Positions 38,623 through 51,813 of a stretch of 64,000 bases of DNA are shown piece by piece (positions within the stretch are counted from its first letter, which is position 1; each line of letters starts with the position of its first letter). The position numbers and the translations under genes are program-made. Below the pieces are notes generated by a model. It was not told where the DNA came from, did no database searches, and worked only from the letters and a program-made list of their open reading frames with translations. Origin of the DNA: Lytechinus pictus (lineage: Eukaryota); the NCBI RefSeq assembly GCF_037042905.1, contig NC_087252.1, forward strand, positions 25,980,001 through 26,044,000. The letters run 5' to 3'.

Positions 38623-39282
38623 TGATAGATACTCATCCTGTTCTTGATTGCCAAAAGTGCTCATAGATTTTTTTCCCCTCAAATTTTAGGTCAGAATATA
38701 AAAAAAATTCAGCTCACGTTTCGCGCTCGTATCAATAATAATTGTTTAAATAATTCATATACATATCATGTTCACGGTTGCAAAAAGCGTAGAATGTTTG
38801 ATCGGAAAACAGATGAAAATATCCCCCTCCCCTATTGGCGAAAGCTGGATCTAGCCCCGGTTAAGAAATTACAGCTCCCGCACATAATTTTAATATGGTC
38901 TACCACTCTGATGAAAAGTTGAACTAAATTGAAACCCCAAAACGCTTAAAAATTCTATGCTTTCTGGTCGCATTTATTCTTTTCAAGAAGTGGATACAAC
39001 TTTGATCTTTTTTTACATGGACACACTATGGACACATTAAAAAAAATGGTCTTCGATTGCCTTTTTCACGTGGTTGTGGAATAAGACAATTCAAAATGCA
39101 TTTAGGCACTTTGATTGCCTGAGTGGTCGGGTCGGGGTGCAATTTTCCGAAAAGTTCACAGGGGCGCAAAAATAGTGACCCCCTCGTGGTGCAAAATCCT
39201 GGATATGCGCATGTCCGTCGGGCATCGTTTCCACTTTTGTACCTCTTTATCTATACCGGTGTGATACTATATAAGTCCATGG

Positions 39283-39596
39283 ATCAGTTTACTTCCATTT
39301 CGTCTGATGCCAAATCGTCAAATTGCCAACTCGCCTACTATCATTAAAGTCTACCATAATTATGTTCATCCACTATCGTCTAGTAACCAGTTGGTCCAAT
39401 AGCCATTCAGTCCATATACCATTTGGTCTAATTGGACAACGTGCTATTGTGCAAAATGAATGAAAATGAATTGGATACTGGACCAAATAGTTGTTCGACG
39501 AAATATTGATGGACGGAATGGATATGGACTAAATTAAATCAGACCATGTGGTGAGTGCAAGTTGGCACTTGGCAGTCGACGACTTGGCAATTTACC
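39283..39596. mobile_element. Tsp-like fold-back MITE
   Basis: TCGTCTA / TTGGTCTA-type repeats on the left, inverted TAGAC / GACCA repeats on the right, ending TTGGCAATTTACC; flanks ccatgga / caatgga. Confidence 0.6.
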
Positions 39597-40692
39597 AATG
39601 GACCTACTAGGCCACTAAATTGAACTTGTCCGAGTGTGCCATAACACCTAAACTGCAGGCTTTCTCATATCCGATACCCCCCCCCCCCATCCCCGCCGCC
39701 CCAAGAAAGGGAAGGGGGGCATGGAGGAGAGAGAAGAAATAAAGAAAGAAGTAGATTGTTGAAAGGGAATCAAAATAATATGAATCAAAGGGAATGTAAA
39801 CGCAATATCATACTCTGTTTGAATCGCTTCTCTTTCATGGAATTTATATTTTGAATAGATCGTTTCATTTCAGTCTTTCACATTATTTTACTTTCAACCC
39901 TGTATTTCATCAGCTTTACTATCAAAAGCCTGCGTAGCGAATTACAAAACGTCCCATCCTTGTTTCACCACCCATGACATTACGTAATTATCATTTTATT
40001 ATTATCATGTAATGAAATTCATACTGTGTTTACACGCTGCATCTGCTGTCAGTTTGACTACCTTGTAAATATTTATTTACAAGGTAAAGCTTATTTCCAA
40101 GGTAATATTTATTTACAAGGTAAAGCCTATTTCCCCACTGGAAAATAGCTTTAGAGCTTTCGTGGGTCATCCTGTGTAAGCCTGTTGTTTTTAATGCTAC
40201 TGTATATATATTATGGTGACTTGCGAAATAAAATCAATCAATCAATATTTTTTGACGATATCCAGTTGAAATCAGTGGCGTTCAAAATAATGGGGAAGGA
40301 TTGGGGCTATATGGATTCCCAAATTTGTCACGGCCAATACAAAAAGAAAGCGAGAAGGGGAACTAATATCTGAATATTATGTCAAAATCTATCACCGATA
40401 AAAAATGATTTGTGCCCGACACATATATCTGGCCCCTTAATTCATATATTTTACGTTTATTATTTACGCCAATAGTTCAAGGAAGGTTCCTAACATCTTT
40501 CTGTATTTTTCGATGTTTACACAATTCCTAGCCTTGGGTTGGGGGTTGTGTGTATTCCTTATGTTCGCATTTTTTAATGTTATTTTTCTATTTATTTCAA
40601 TATTATCCTCTCCAACTTTATTATGGTATGACTATTCAAGGAATTATAATTACTCGTTTGCTTGCATGCTCCATGACCGCTTTGCCTTCACT

Positions 40693-41229
40693 CCGGGGGG
40701 GGGGGGGGCACTTACATTGACGAGTGGATACCATGCGCGACCCCAAAAACACGTAAAAAGGATGTCTTTTTGTCAAAAACACAAAAATATTTAAAAAAGG
40801 GTATCTATGTTGCTAGGAAAGCTACGTGTTTAGGGTAATATTTTCGGGGATGATGAAACAAAATTAAAATGTTTTATAAAGGATGTCCTTTTTGCCCCAA
40901 CACTACGTGTTTAGAGTCCGACTTGCGCGAGTTGTGGAAGGTGCATGGGGCCGTACTAAACCAAAATAATGATGTGTAAAGGTAAAACCAACGACCGACG
41001 GACCCGACATAACAATAAAATATCGCTGTACTTGTTTAGGGGTTCATTTCGGGAATACTTGCCAAGAGTATCGTTTTGTTTCCAATACTTGTTAAGGGTC
41101 GGTTTGAGACGCCAATACTTGTTAAGGGGTGCAGTTTGAGAATATGGAAAATACGTGTTTGGGTGCTTTTCGAGACCCCATGGTCGCGCATGGTATCCAC
41201 TCGTCAATGGAAGTGCCCCCCCCCCCCGG
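40693..41229. mobile_element. MITE with ~45-bp TIRs and an 8-bp TSD
   Basis: CCG(n)CACTTACATTGACGAGTGGATACCATGCGCGACC and its inverse; perfect TSD CCTTCACT. Confidence 0.92.
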
Positions 41230-44200
41230 CCTTCACTTCTCTCAGTGCGTATTCAGAACTATTACTGTATTCTCATTGATCCCCCTGGAGTTGTAAAAAA
41301 CCCATAAAGGCAAAATATTATATTTTCATCGGCAGCACATGTGCATTAATTACATCATCATAAATTAAGTACATCAGGGTCCATGATCAGAAAAAGCGTA
41401 TACCCATTAAACCTCGCCAGATGGGGCTTGTCCCAAAATAAAAATTTTATTTTTGTCTCGTTTCGAAATTTCATTTTTATTTTGGCTGCTATATGCTTCA
41501 AGCACATATTTGCTTACTGTATATAGTTTGCCTATGCATTTTACTCATTATATATATATTTTTTTATATATTGTATTTCTCCAGTCACTACATATACGAT
41601 TGTCACTTGTATTATGATCATGTCTCAAGCATTGTAAATTTGTTTTGTATATTATTCCAATAAATGCAAAAAAATCCTGCAAAAAAGCCACATCACCACA
41701 TAGTTGAACCATTCCAACTATTTATACGATCAATACGATCGCCTCGACTGATCTGATACGATTAATTATTCCGCGATTATAATTAAGGCCCTTGGAACCG
41801 GGGGTGCAAAGCACCCCCAAGATTTTACAATGGGGTGCGGCGTGCATTATTTTCCATGTAGGCAGCTCCCCCTGGAATTCTGGTATAGGTGTCGAATTGG
41901 ATAAATGTAGGAAAATTACCAACATTTTGTATTGGAACCTTTTTTAATGTTTTTCTTTTGCTTTGTCAAATTTTCCTCAGCATCGCCACCAAAAAAAAAA
42001 ATCGTGACAGTGTGAACTTGGCACTTTTTTTTCAATCATAAAAAATGATTATATTATTTTCCCGCATGAGTTTTGAAATATTGACACGTACGCCAGAATC
42101 TCTTTGGTCCTAATATGAAGCATAAATTTCCACGTCTATAAAACAACAGTTATCATTCGTTTTTCCTATAGTTATAGCAGGGAAATGGGAGTTACAATTC
42201 CATTGATAAATAAGTCTAAAATGTTATGCCAATCAAGATGCAAGTCCCGGATACAAGTAATGTCTTTGTCCTGCTCATGTCGCAGTCATTCACATTTTTT
42301 CAACGGTTGAACTGCTCGTGCACACTCTGTATGCGTATAGGCCTTTCCCGGAGGCCTTTCTTCCTCTCATTTGTTATAAAATTTCATCTTTTTATCAATT
42401 CTTTCTACTTGTTTACTGTCTATGAAGGGGTAGCAAGTTGATCTCCCATGGGGTGCCCCTATCTATTGCTGCATCATTTGTATCCATTTATCTTTGACCA
42501 TCCATTTCTTGGGAAAATACATCAATTGGAGGATCCATTTATATATGCCTATCCATCCATTCTTTCAGTCATCCATCCACCGGTCGTGCTGATGGTTTGA
42601 TTATAGCATGGACCTAATAGGTCCATGATTGTATAAAGTATAAAGCGCCCTACTATATCATTATAGGCTACCCCCCACCCCCTCCCCATACTACATAAAA
42701 ACTCGGCGACCCATGTACACATTTCAAAGCAGACGTAATGTACATGCACAATTCCCTTGTACATGTTGCACCTTGCTGCTTCTCCAGGTTTGCTTAGTCT
42801 TCTTTCACATACGTTGTTGCACTTTGCCCCACGGCGTGCCTTGTAAAGTTCTGTTGTAAGACTCTACATGCTGGTCGGCCCTGGAAATCACAACTCTGAA
42901 GCACGTGCACCGCGCAATACTCAACTTCTCATTTTTCCATATCTCGATGCAAGCTTTCTTGTGTGGATGCAAAAATAAGAGTTTTCCCAGAAATCTTGTC
43001 CCTGACGTCATGTCTGCCCCCCCCTCATTTTTTGACTCATGACGCCTTTACTCTGCTTGTTAGACCTTGAGCCGTTGGTCCCCTGGTTGCTTGCTCACAG
43101 GCATTCGTGCTTTCTTAGCAGTCAGGTAAAAACCTCGGCACAGAAATAACAGAAATTAGCAACTTGATGCGTACGTTTGTCACATTCATGCTATCACGGT
43201 CTACACAATGTAGACTACACGTACGTACTTCGCATCAACAGGTTTCTCAGCTCACCTTTTGACCTCGCGAGTTCAATCTAAACAAACGAAGAGTAGTCAA
43301 GTGTTGCATTGGGATTGTATCTTCGTTATGTTTTACTACAGGCCTATATTTAACCCCGCATTGGGGTTGCATATTCGTTATGTTTTACTATAGGCATATA
43401 TGATTGCATCTTCGTTATGTTTTACTATAGGCCTATATTTAACCCCGTATTAAACAAACCCTGTTTTATATCGTAGAACCTGCTCTGAAAGTAATCGTTT
43501 TTCTCTTCGCCCTTTCCCTTCATGCTTGGCTGTAGACAGAATGGTGGTGGCCGTCTGTTTAGAGTTTTAAATATTTTTGGTCTAACTTTTTTTTCCAATT
43601 TCTCCTCTGTACTTTGCGAGTGGATCTAAATAATCTGAAACTGACTGAAACATTCAGGAAAGATAAAAAAACACCAAAATATCAAATTAGGGTATGTTGT
43701 ATCCATATCCCTTTATGATGGCTCTCCTGATTCTCTTTCACCAATCCACTTCTTTCTTTCTTCTCTCTCCTCCCTCCCCCTTTCCTTTGGGGAGGGCCAA
43801 GGAGTCAGTATACAGAGTATACATACAGTGAGCTGCGCTATAGCGCCTCGCTGTAGTTCCCGTATATGTATCACGCCAAGCTATACATGAAGGGAAAGGT
43901 GCATAAAAGAGCTACAATCCACATGAATAAAGATCAAACTCGGAACTCGGCCCTTGCCCATCTCTGGGATTCTCGTATCTCTTTTAGTCTTGGAGTACTT
44001 TCAGATTCATGACATAAGAGTCCGAAAGTAAGCCGTATTGGGCAATCCTTTGCTTCGTCATTCACGTCAGATAATCAACGTGTCTGAATCCTTTTTCACG
44101 CGTACGATACATTTATGGATATAGCTCAATATAGTATTCTTATCCTGTGTGTGCTATCGCAAATAGTGGATTATATCTGATCTGAAACTAATGCAGAGCG

Positions 44201-46114
44201 CAAGCATGTCGCTAGCCGCCTAGCATCGGCTCATTGAGCTTGCACGCACCGTTCGATGTTTGCTTTCTACTCAGCTACACACACAGAGTACTGCACTTTG
44301 TTGATACGGGGATTTCTTGATACTGCGCATGCGCCATGACGTATTTCATCAATATGCATGAGTCGTAATGAATATGCATGATTCGAACGGTGTTCTAATA
44401 TCAATTTATTTTTTAACCCGAGAGGGCGTCAATAAGAAAGTTCAAACTTTTATCGTTTAACCGAGATTTGTTATAATATATGTTTCACCCCTCAATATCA
44501 TGAGAATATAAAAGTTATGCAAGTTTCTTTTCCGTGATAAAATAGAGCAATAATATAGGTATTTAATGAATGTAATAATTTCAAAATTGATTCATTGCCC
44601 TTGTCTGAGATCAACCAATCATACACTATACCTTTAATGTAAGGAATTCAAGATCCCCACTTACTCATCCTTTTCATGATTTACAAAACTTGAATAGAGT
44701 GTCTCGTTCGAAATTTTCCGCTCGCGCTTCGCGCTCGCATCAGTTTGTTATATACCTACTCTGTTTAAGTTACAAAAAGTGCTTAGAATTTCAATTCCTT
44801 ACGTAAAAATGTCAAAAAATTTCAGCTCGCGCTTGGCGCTCGCATTATGTAACGTCTTTATGGCTAACTGCAAGCAGTCTTCAACAGTACCTTTTCCATC
44901 AGTTCATTTCTGCTCGCGCTTCATGTTCGTAGTAATTATCCATTTGAAAGAAACCAAAAATCCCGGCAAAAATCATCTTCGTGCGGCCGATCGGGGAAAA
45001 TATGGCTGAAAAAAAATCCCCCCCCCCCCTATTGGCGAAGGCTGGATCCGCCCCTGACTACTACTACTACGACTACCAAAACTACTACAACAACTACTAC
45101 TACGACTTCTAATTCTACTACTGCTGCAGCTGCTGATATCATGATGACAAAAGTAGTAACAACAATAGAAAAATGGGTTTTAGGAAAACTCCCCGAGAGG
45201 ACTACTCCTCCGGAGGGCGACTCCCCCATGATAACTCCCCAATGAAAACTCCCCCGAATGACCATTCTCCCGAGGACAGGCTTCCCGGAGGAAAACTGAT
45301 TTAAACCGGCACTTTTATTTGAGTGACAAATTAATTTACGTTCTTTTCTTTAGAACTTTCACCTTCTTGTTCTTCTTATTATTCTGTTTAAATGAAAAAA
45401 AAAATGCTGAGATAATATTGCCCATAATGAAGGTTCAATGTTCCAGGTGTATGTATTTCCATGATATTTCCAGTTTTCTTGTTAAACATTAAATGCACAA
45501 GATCATGAAGCAGAATCACCATAAAAATAAAAATATAGTAGAGTCAACGATTAGGTAGTGTCAGTGAAATAAGGCATCGTTAGTTTATACTGTAAGTAGC
45601 AGAAACACCCCCTCCTTGCACCCCCTAGAGAGACGTTTCGTGCGCGCAGTACGTGTTTCGCACGATTCGCGTGCTCACCACCGTCCCCTAAAATGAACTC
45701 CTAGCAACGCCACTGATTCCAAACTTAGTTACCGGGAAATATTGCAGGCACCTGCTACGCCGCTGCAACGAGGCGCCTTAAACCACTCGACCGCGGCAAC
45801 CGATGAAGGGAAAAAATCGGTCTCGCGGGCCTTCGGTCTTGCGGGCCCTCGGTCTCGCGGGCCCTCGGTCTCGCGGACCCTCGGTCTCGCGGACCCTCGG
45901 GCTCGCGGACCCTCGGTCTCGCGGACCCTCGGTCTCGCGGACCTTCGGTCAAGTGGTCGGACCCCAAAAAACAGGCTAACTTTGAATTCGGAGTCCGAAT
46001 GTCAAAGGTTTCTGCACGATATTAGGCTCAATCATATTAAATGGATTTCTGATCGCGATAAATCCAGATAAAATCCAAGTTGGTTGGCGAATATTCCGTA
46101 AATTAAAGTTCACA

Positions 46115-47002
46115 ATGATGGCGATGATGATACTGATGTTGAAGCACGATGAATATCAAGAATCACTGTAACGAGTTGAAGTTTCTTCGTATAATTACCC
46201 AATCTTTGCAAATGTATAAGGTCGTTACTTATGTTCATTTTTGTAATTGTATTTATGTATTTGTATTTATGTATTTTTGACTTGTATGTGAAAAATGGAA
46301 AGAAAAGAAATGAAATAAATCAATAAATCTAAATCTAATCTAAAAAAGACGATGTTGATGATGATTAACAGTTAATTTCAGCAATCCATGAGTTGAAAAG
46401 CGTTCATTAAAACAGCTTGGTGATCGCGATGAGAACTGAGAATTCCTCTCTCAAAATAACTGCAAACAGTTCATTGATGGCATGCAGACACTTCCACAGA
46501 AGATAAATGTTGTATTCAAGTTGGAGATAAACTATGCTCTGACATGAAGTCTGGCGTGAAACTCTGAGTTCTGATCTGATAGGATGATGTCCTTGAAGAA
46601 ACTGCCAGCTTACATATATAAATTTCCACTATTCTGGAAGCTTCTAGTAATGTCTACAAAAAGAACATACTGCAAATTTCTAGAGCAGTCTAATTTTAGA
46701 AGATTCTTGAATGACCTCAGTGAAATTAACAATGTAAACAACATCGCTAATCCTATTGTCAATTTCCACTACCACTAGGAATTTATTATGTAGCAATCTA
46801 TTGTTTAACATTCTGCATTGTCTCTCTTTGTAAATTCCAAAAATAACAAAGAATACTCCATCTCATTAAATATACATGCCTAACAGAGCGTTACTGAGAC
46901 ATTCTGGAATTTTTCTAACCATTATATGCTATGAATATCCTTAAAGAGAAAATAACTAATTAAATGAATGTAATTGCTCTTACAATTCTATTTATGTATA
47001 AC
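46115..47002 (-). repeat. 3' LTR, with a small LINE-tail insertion near 46181-46345
   Basis: Diverged direct repeat of 57666-58451; begins TGT on the minus strand immediately after the PPT. Confidence 0.8.
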
Positions 47003-47656
47003 ACCTCCCCACCGGGGAAAGGAAATCTTTACCGTAGTAAAGGTTTCTTTAATATTACTTTCTTTTCTTTAACTTTGCAAATAAATGTAGAGTGCTAACA
47101 AACATGTTTAAATAAATAAACATCAAAGACACTTTCTTCAAATGACACGCTTGGTCAAAAGCATGAATAATTTCACCTTTTCTACTCTTGAAAGGGCATC
47201 AGCAATTACATTATTCTTTCATTTTATGTGTACAATTTTCAGTAAGAATGGTCGGAATATAATGCTTGCCCTTCAGCAGTTTGAGGTGATATTGAAGAAA
47301 AAGGGAAAGAGAGGAAAGGTCCATGCGAGTGTGTTAACCTTTGTCTTAATTGGACTTGATCTGATACTCTGAATGCCATGTAGTTGAGTTGAACATTACA
47401 TATACACCTCTGGGAGACATGTGGATTTAATCTTATGTGAAGGATCTCGCCAAATCATTGAATTTTCACCTTCTCTTGAATGAGCAAATTGTCTTTGACC
47501 TGTATGTGTGGAAATTGTGGTCCCACATATAATACTATCTGTGAGTAACATGTGACAAAGTGTACTTTCACTTTCAATTATTCCACCTCTTTATCTTCAT
47601 CCACGGAGCTTACATTCTTCCCTTCTCTTTCCTTCTCTGCGGTCTTCAGCAACATC

Positions 47657-48400
47657 ATGCCGTCAACACGTCAAGGTTCTTCTGCTGGAAGTAGTGTTGC
47701 TTCAGACTTTTCTGATGTCCACGATATCATTAAAAAAATATTTTGTGAAGATGATTTTGTGTTCGCGTTGGAGAGGAGCATTTAAAAAGTTCTCTCAAAG
47801 CGCCAGCGAGAGTTTGAGGAGAGGATAGAAAGGCAGGAAGGTGAAATCCATGATCTACAAGTAGCATTGAATAAAAAGGAGGCTGAGATCCACACAATCA
47901 CCACTTCCATGAAGAAGCTGGAAAGCAGAGTAGAGGCTTACGAGGGCAAGAGCAACGAGCTAGAGCAGTATAGTAGGAGGAACTCTGTTCGGGTGTTTGG
48001 TGTGTCAGAGTCATCAACAGAGTCTACGGACAACCTGGTGATGAGGGTAGCGACAGATCGCCTTGGCTGCCCAATAAGCAAGGCTGACATCGAGAGATCA
48101 CATCGATCGGGAAAGCCCCGCTCTGACCGAAAGCCTCGGCCTATCCTGGTCAAGCTCTGCTCCTATCGAGTGAAGGCTGCACTGATGAAGGATCGCCGTA
48201 AATTGAAGGGGTCAGGTATCTCCATCCAGGAGGACCTAACTAAGTTAAATCATCAAATTCTCATGAAATTGTCCTCCCATCCAAAAGTCGAAGCAACATG
48301 GTCAACTGATGGAGAGTCATGGCTGCCCTCAAGACCAACCAAGAGGGAATCCAAGTTAAGAGGTCCTTCTCATCACTGCAACAAGTCTCTTCTTTATAAC
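47657..48400 (+). pseudogene. LINE C ORF1 (coiled coil plus L1-type RNA-binding domain), premature stop at 47783
   Basis: ELEQYSRRNSVRVFGV, IERSHR, PRPILVKL, LKGSGISIQEDLT, WSTDG. Confidence 0.9.
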
Positions 48401-48755
48401 TTCCAACTTTTGTGTTTAACTTTATTTCCACTGTTACCTCTCTCAGGGGTTTACCTTTTTAACTGTAACTTAAAAATTACTTTACCCTTTTTCTGATTTC
48501 CACTTATTTTCTTAGTTTCTTTTGTCATTCTTTTCTTCCCACTTTTTTTCTAACTTGTGTCTCGTTGTATATTTATAATGTCATTTGCTCTTGCACTTGC
48601 TTTTCTTCTATATACTATGTACATACCTGTATATATTCATCATATAGTTGTAAATGTGTCTGTGTGTGTGAGGGTGTATGTGAATATGTGTTATGGTTGT
48701 CCTCAGATTTCCATGTTTCATCTACCCTTGTTGATATTTTATATTTCTTTGGTCT

Positions 48756-51700
48756 GTGACGGATATGGTTTACAAAATGTTGTTTTGGTTTATTGTTTGC
48801 TTGTTGAAATCTCTCCTCATGGATGACGGATTTAATATTCCAGAACCGGTTATTAATGAGTGTAAATACATAAACTCTAAAGATTTCCAATGTAATGGTG
48901 AAAACTTTTCCGTTATGCATATCAATTCGAGAAGTCTCTTTAAAAAATTTGAAGATTTGGCGGTCTTGTTATCATGTATAAATCATAATTTTTCTGTGAT
49001 TGGTGTTTCAGAAACCTGGTTTACTCCATCCACAGAAGTAGCTATGTTTGATATTCCTGGATATTCACTTGTTCAAGTATGTCGATCAAATAAAAAAGAT
49101 GGTGGTGTAGCATGTTATGTCAGAGAGGGGCTTGATTACAAATTACGCAATGATTTATCAACGGCAAATACTTATTATGAGTCTGTATTTATTGAATTGA
49201 ATAATGCAAACAAAAAGTCAATTGTTGGTTGTGTGTATAGAGTCCCTGGCAATGATATTCGATCATTTACTGATGACTTTGACCAAGAAAGGCAAATATT
49301 GAGTAAAGAAAATAAGGACATTTATATTATGGGTGATTTTAACATTAACTTGTTAAATGCTGATACAGATGAAAAGGTTAGAGATTTCAATAATTTCATG
49401 TGTTCATTTGGCTTGTTTTCCCTAATCACTAAACCTACACGCATAACATCATCTTCAGCAACCTTAATTTATAATATATTTACCAATTGTGTTCAATATC
49501 AATTCTGCTCTGGAATATTTTGTTCTGATTTTTCTGATCATATGCCGATTTGTAGCATTAACAAAGGCAATGCCATTACTTCTAGTGAAACAAAAGGAAA
49601 AGTGTTTAGACGTCTAATTACTGAAGTAAGAATGAATTACTTAAGACAAGATTTACTTAACACAGATTGGTCTATTTTGTATGATTTGTTTGACGCTAAT
49701 GTGTCGTTTAACTATTTTAGTGACCTTTTTTCTCAGTTATACAGTGAACATTTCCCTTTAATTGAATGCAGTGGTAAGAATAAATGCAGGAAACCATGGA
49801 TTACTCCAGTTCTTTTAAAATCCATTCATAAAAAGCACAAGCTTTACTATGCATATACAAAAAATAAAAACGAAATTAATCGGAAAAAGTACATGTATAT
49901 TGATTACAAAAATACAATGACAAATCTTGTTCGTCAAAGTAAGAAGAATTATTATGATAATGTTTTTCGAACAAATCAAAATGATATGAGAAAGACTTGG
50001 TCCCATATTAATGAATTGCTTGGGAGGGGGAAGAAAACGCCACTCCCAAATGACATGTATCATAACGAATTGTTGTAAAATTCAGATCTATATAAAGCAA
50101 ATTATTTTAATAAATATTTTATTGATCTACCTTCTAAAATAAGCAAGAAAATTCCTTCTGTCCAATCCTCATACAGAAATTTTATGTCGGTCCAAAATCA
50201 CTCCTCATTCTTGTAATTTCGACCAACATCTGTTTGTGAAATTTCTAATTTGGTTTCGACTTTAAAACCATCGAAGGCATGCGGGTCAGATGATGTTTCT
50301 CCCAAGGTCATAAAAATTGTATTCAATGCATTGTTCATCACTTATGCAATATTTTAATAAGTCCTTGTTTCAGGGTATTATCCCTGACAAACTAATAGCT
50401 AGAGTAGTCCCAGTATTTAAAAAGAATGATCGTAAATGCATTGAAAATTACTGACCTATTGCGTTGTTACCCATATTCTCAAAAATTATTGAGAAAATAG
50501 TGTACAAAAGAATGGATGATTTCCTTCAACTTCATAACATAATGATACCACAACAATTTGGCTTTCGAAAGAATTACTCCACAGGTATGGGCGTCTTGAA
50601 TTTAGTAAATACCATTATAAGTGCAATTGATAGTGGAACATTTTGTATTGGTGTGTTTCTTGATTTATCGAAAGCATTTGATACTATCGATCATGATATA
50701 TTATTGTACAAGCTTGAGCATTATGGTGTTCGTGGGGTAGCCTTAAGTTGGTTCAAAATTACTTAACGAATAGATGTCAGTATGTAACGATTAATGGAGT
50801 TAAATCACAATCTAAGGAGGTTAAATGTGGTGTACCCCAAGGCTCGGTTCTGGGTCCCTTATTGTTCTTGATTTATGTTAATGACATTATAAATTCATCA
50901 AAATTGTTTACTTATTCATTATTCGCAGATGACACTTGCTTACTTTCCCATCACAAAGATATGGAAACTCTCATATTCTCAACTAACCATGAAATTAGAA
51001 TTTATATTTAAATGGTTTTGCTGTAACAAGCTTTTATTAAATGCTAGTAAAACTCAATATATTGTCTTTAGAACAAGGGATAAACGAGTCCCTGAAGATA
51101 CTAATCCATTATTAATAGGAGGCCATCAGATCAATCGAAGTCAAGATGTAAGGTTTTTGGGAGTTGTAGTTGATGATCACTTATCATGGAAAAATCACCT
51201 CAATTATGTTTGTACTAAGGTATCAAGGAGTGTTGGTGTCATTTATAAATTACGTTTCTCTCTCCCTCAGCAGACCTTAGTAACTCTTTACAATGCTATT
51301 ATTATGCCACACTTACATTATTGTAATGTCGCATGGGGAAATACATATAGGAACCATTTAAACAAACTGCTAGTTCTTCAGAAGAAGGTTATGAGGCTCA
51401 TGACATATTCGAATTACAGATGTCCAAGTATTCCTTTATTTCTGCAATTGAAGATTTTGCCTCTTGATGATTTAGTCTCCCTCAATTGCTTGATATTTAT
51501 GTACAAATCACAATCCTCTCAAAGCTGTTCATTTTTAAAAGATGCATTTGTTGTTAACTCAAATGTCCATTTGTACAATACACGGCAGAAAAATCTTATC
51601 CACCAGCCACTTGCAAGAACAAATACTGCTTTGAATTCTTTGTGATAGTTTGTACAACAGAATGGAATAAGTTACCACAAAACTTTAGATCCAGTCCAAC

Positions 51701-51768
51701 ACTGCCTATATTTAAAAATTCATGTCGAAAAAATTTATTTGAAAGATTACAAAATATCTTAAATTGAT
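48756..51768 (+). pseudogene. LINE C ORF2 (APE endonuclease plus RT), multiple stops and frameshifts
   Basis: HINSRSL, VSETW, GDFN, SDH; QFGFR, DLSKAFDTID, GVPQGSVLGP, FADD, FLGV. Confidence 0.95.
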
Positions 51769-51782
51769 TCTTGATAAACCAT

Positions 51783-51813
<31 letters not shown>

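Larger units (their letters stand above)
32368..44633. mobile_element. Kolobok-like non-autonomous element, 12.3 kb including nested inserts
   Basis: TTAA at 32364-32367 and 44634-44637; termini AGGTAAATTG / CACTATACCT. Removal rejoins a satellite unit (gcattaTTAAtgtaagg). Confidence 0.7.
31167..45056 (-). mobile_element. hAT-like satellite-bearing element split by a 12.3-kb insertion
   Basis: Ends CATAGGCGGATCCAG / CTGGATCCGCCCCTG. Flank ACTACTAC on both sides, but within a microsatellite. Same-orientation satellite at 31370-32360 and 44650-44930. Confidence 0.75.
28294..45965. mobile_element. Fold-back (MULE-like) element with long TIRs, expanded to 17.7 kb by nested insertions
   Basis: Direct repeat CCAAAAAACAGG at 28284-28295 and 45964-45975. 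Arms about 28300-28760 and 45668-45950 are reverse complements, including 16-bp CCGCGAGACCGAGGGY arrays. Confidence 0.8.
27212..46060 (+). mobile_element. Helentron-associated (HINE/DINE-1-like) element, split by insertions
   Basis: 5' TTTTATGCCCCC, short hairpin, then (GTCC)n. Its core repeat (gtaggtagatgacacca...caggctaa...gaattcggagtccg, intact at 27384-27432) is broken at 28295 and resumes at 45976. 3' end not found. Confidence 0.6.

Noticed and set aside
45742..46071. Repetitive RGPSVSRTLGLAD ORF (also 28086-28510)
   Set aside because: Translation of the 16-bp subterminal arrays.
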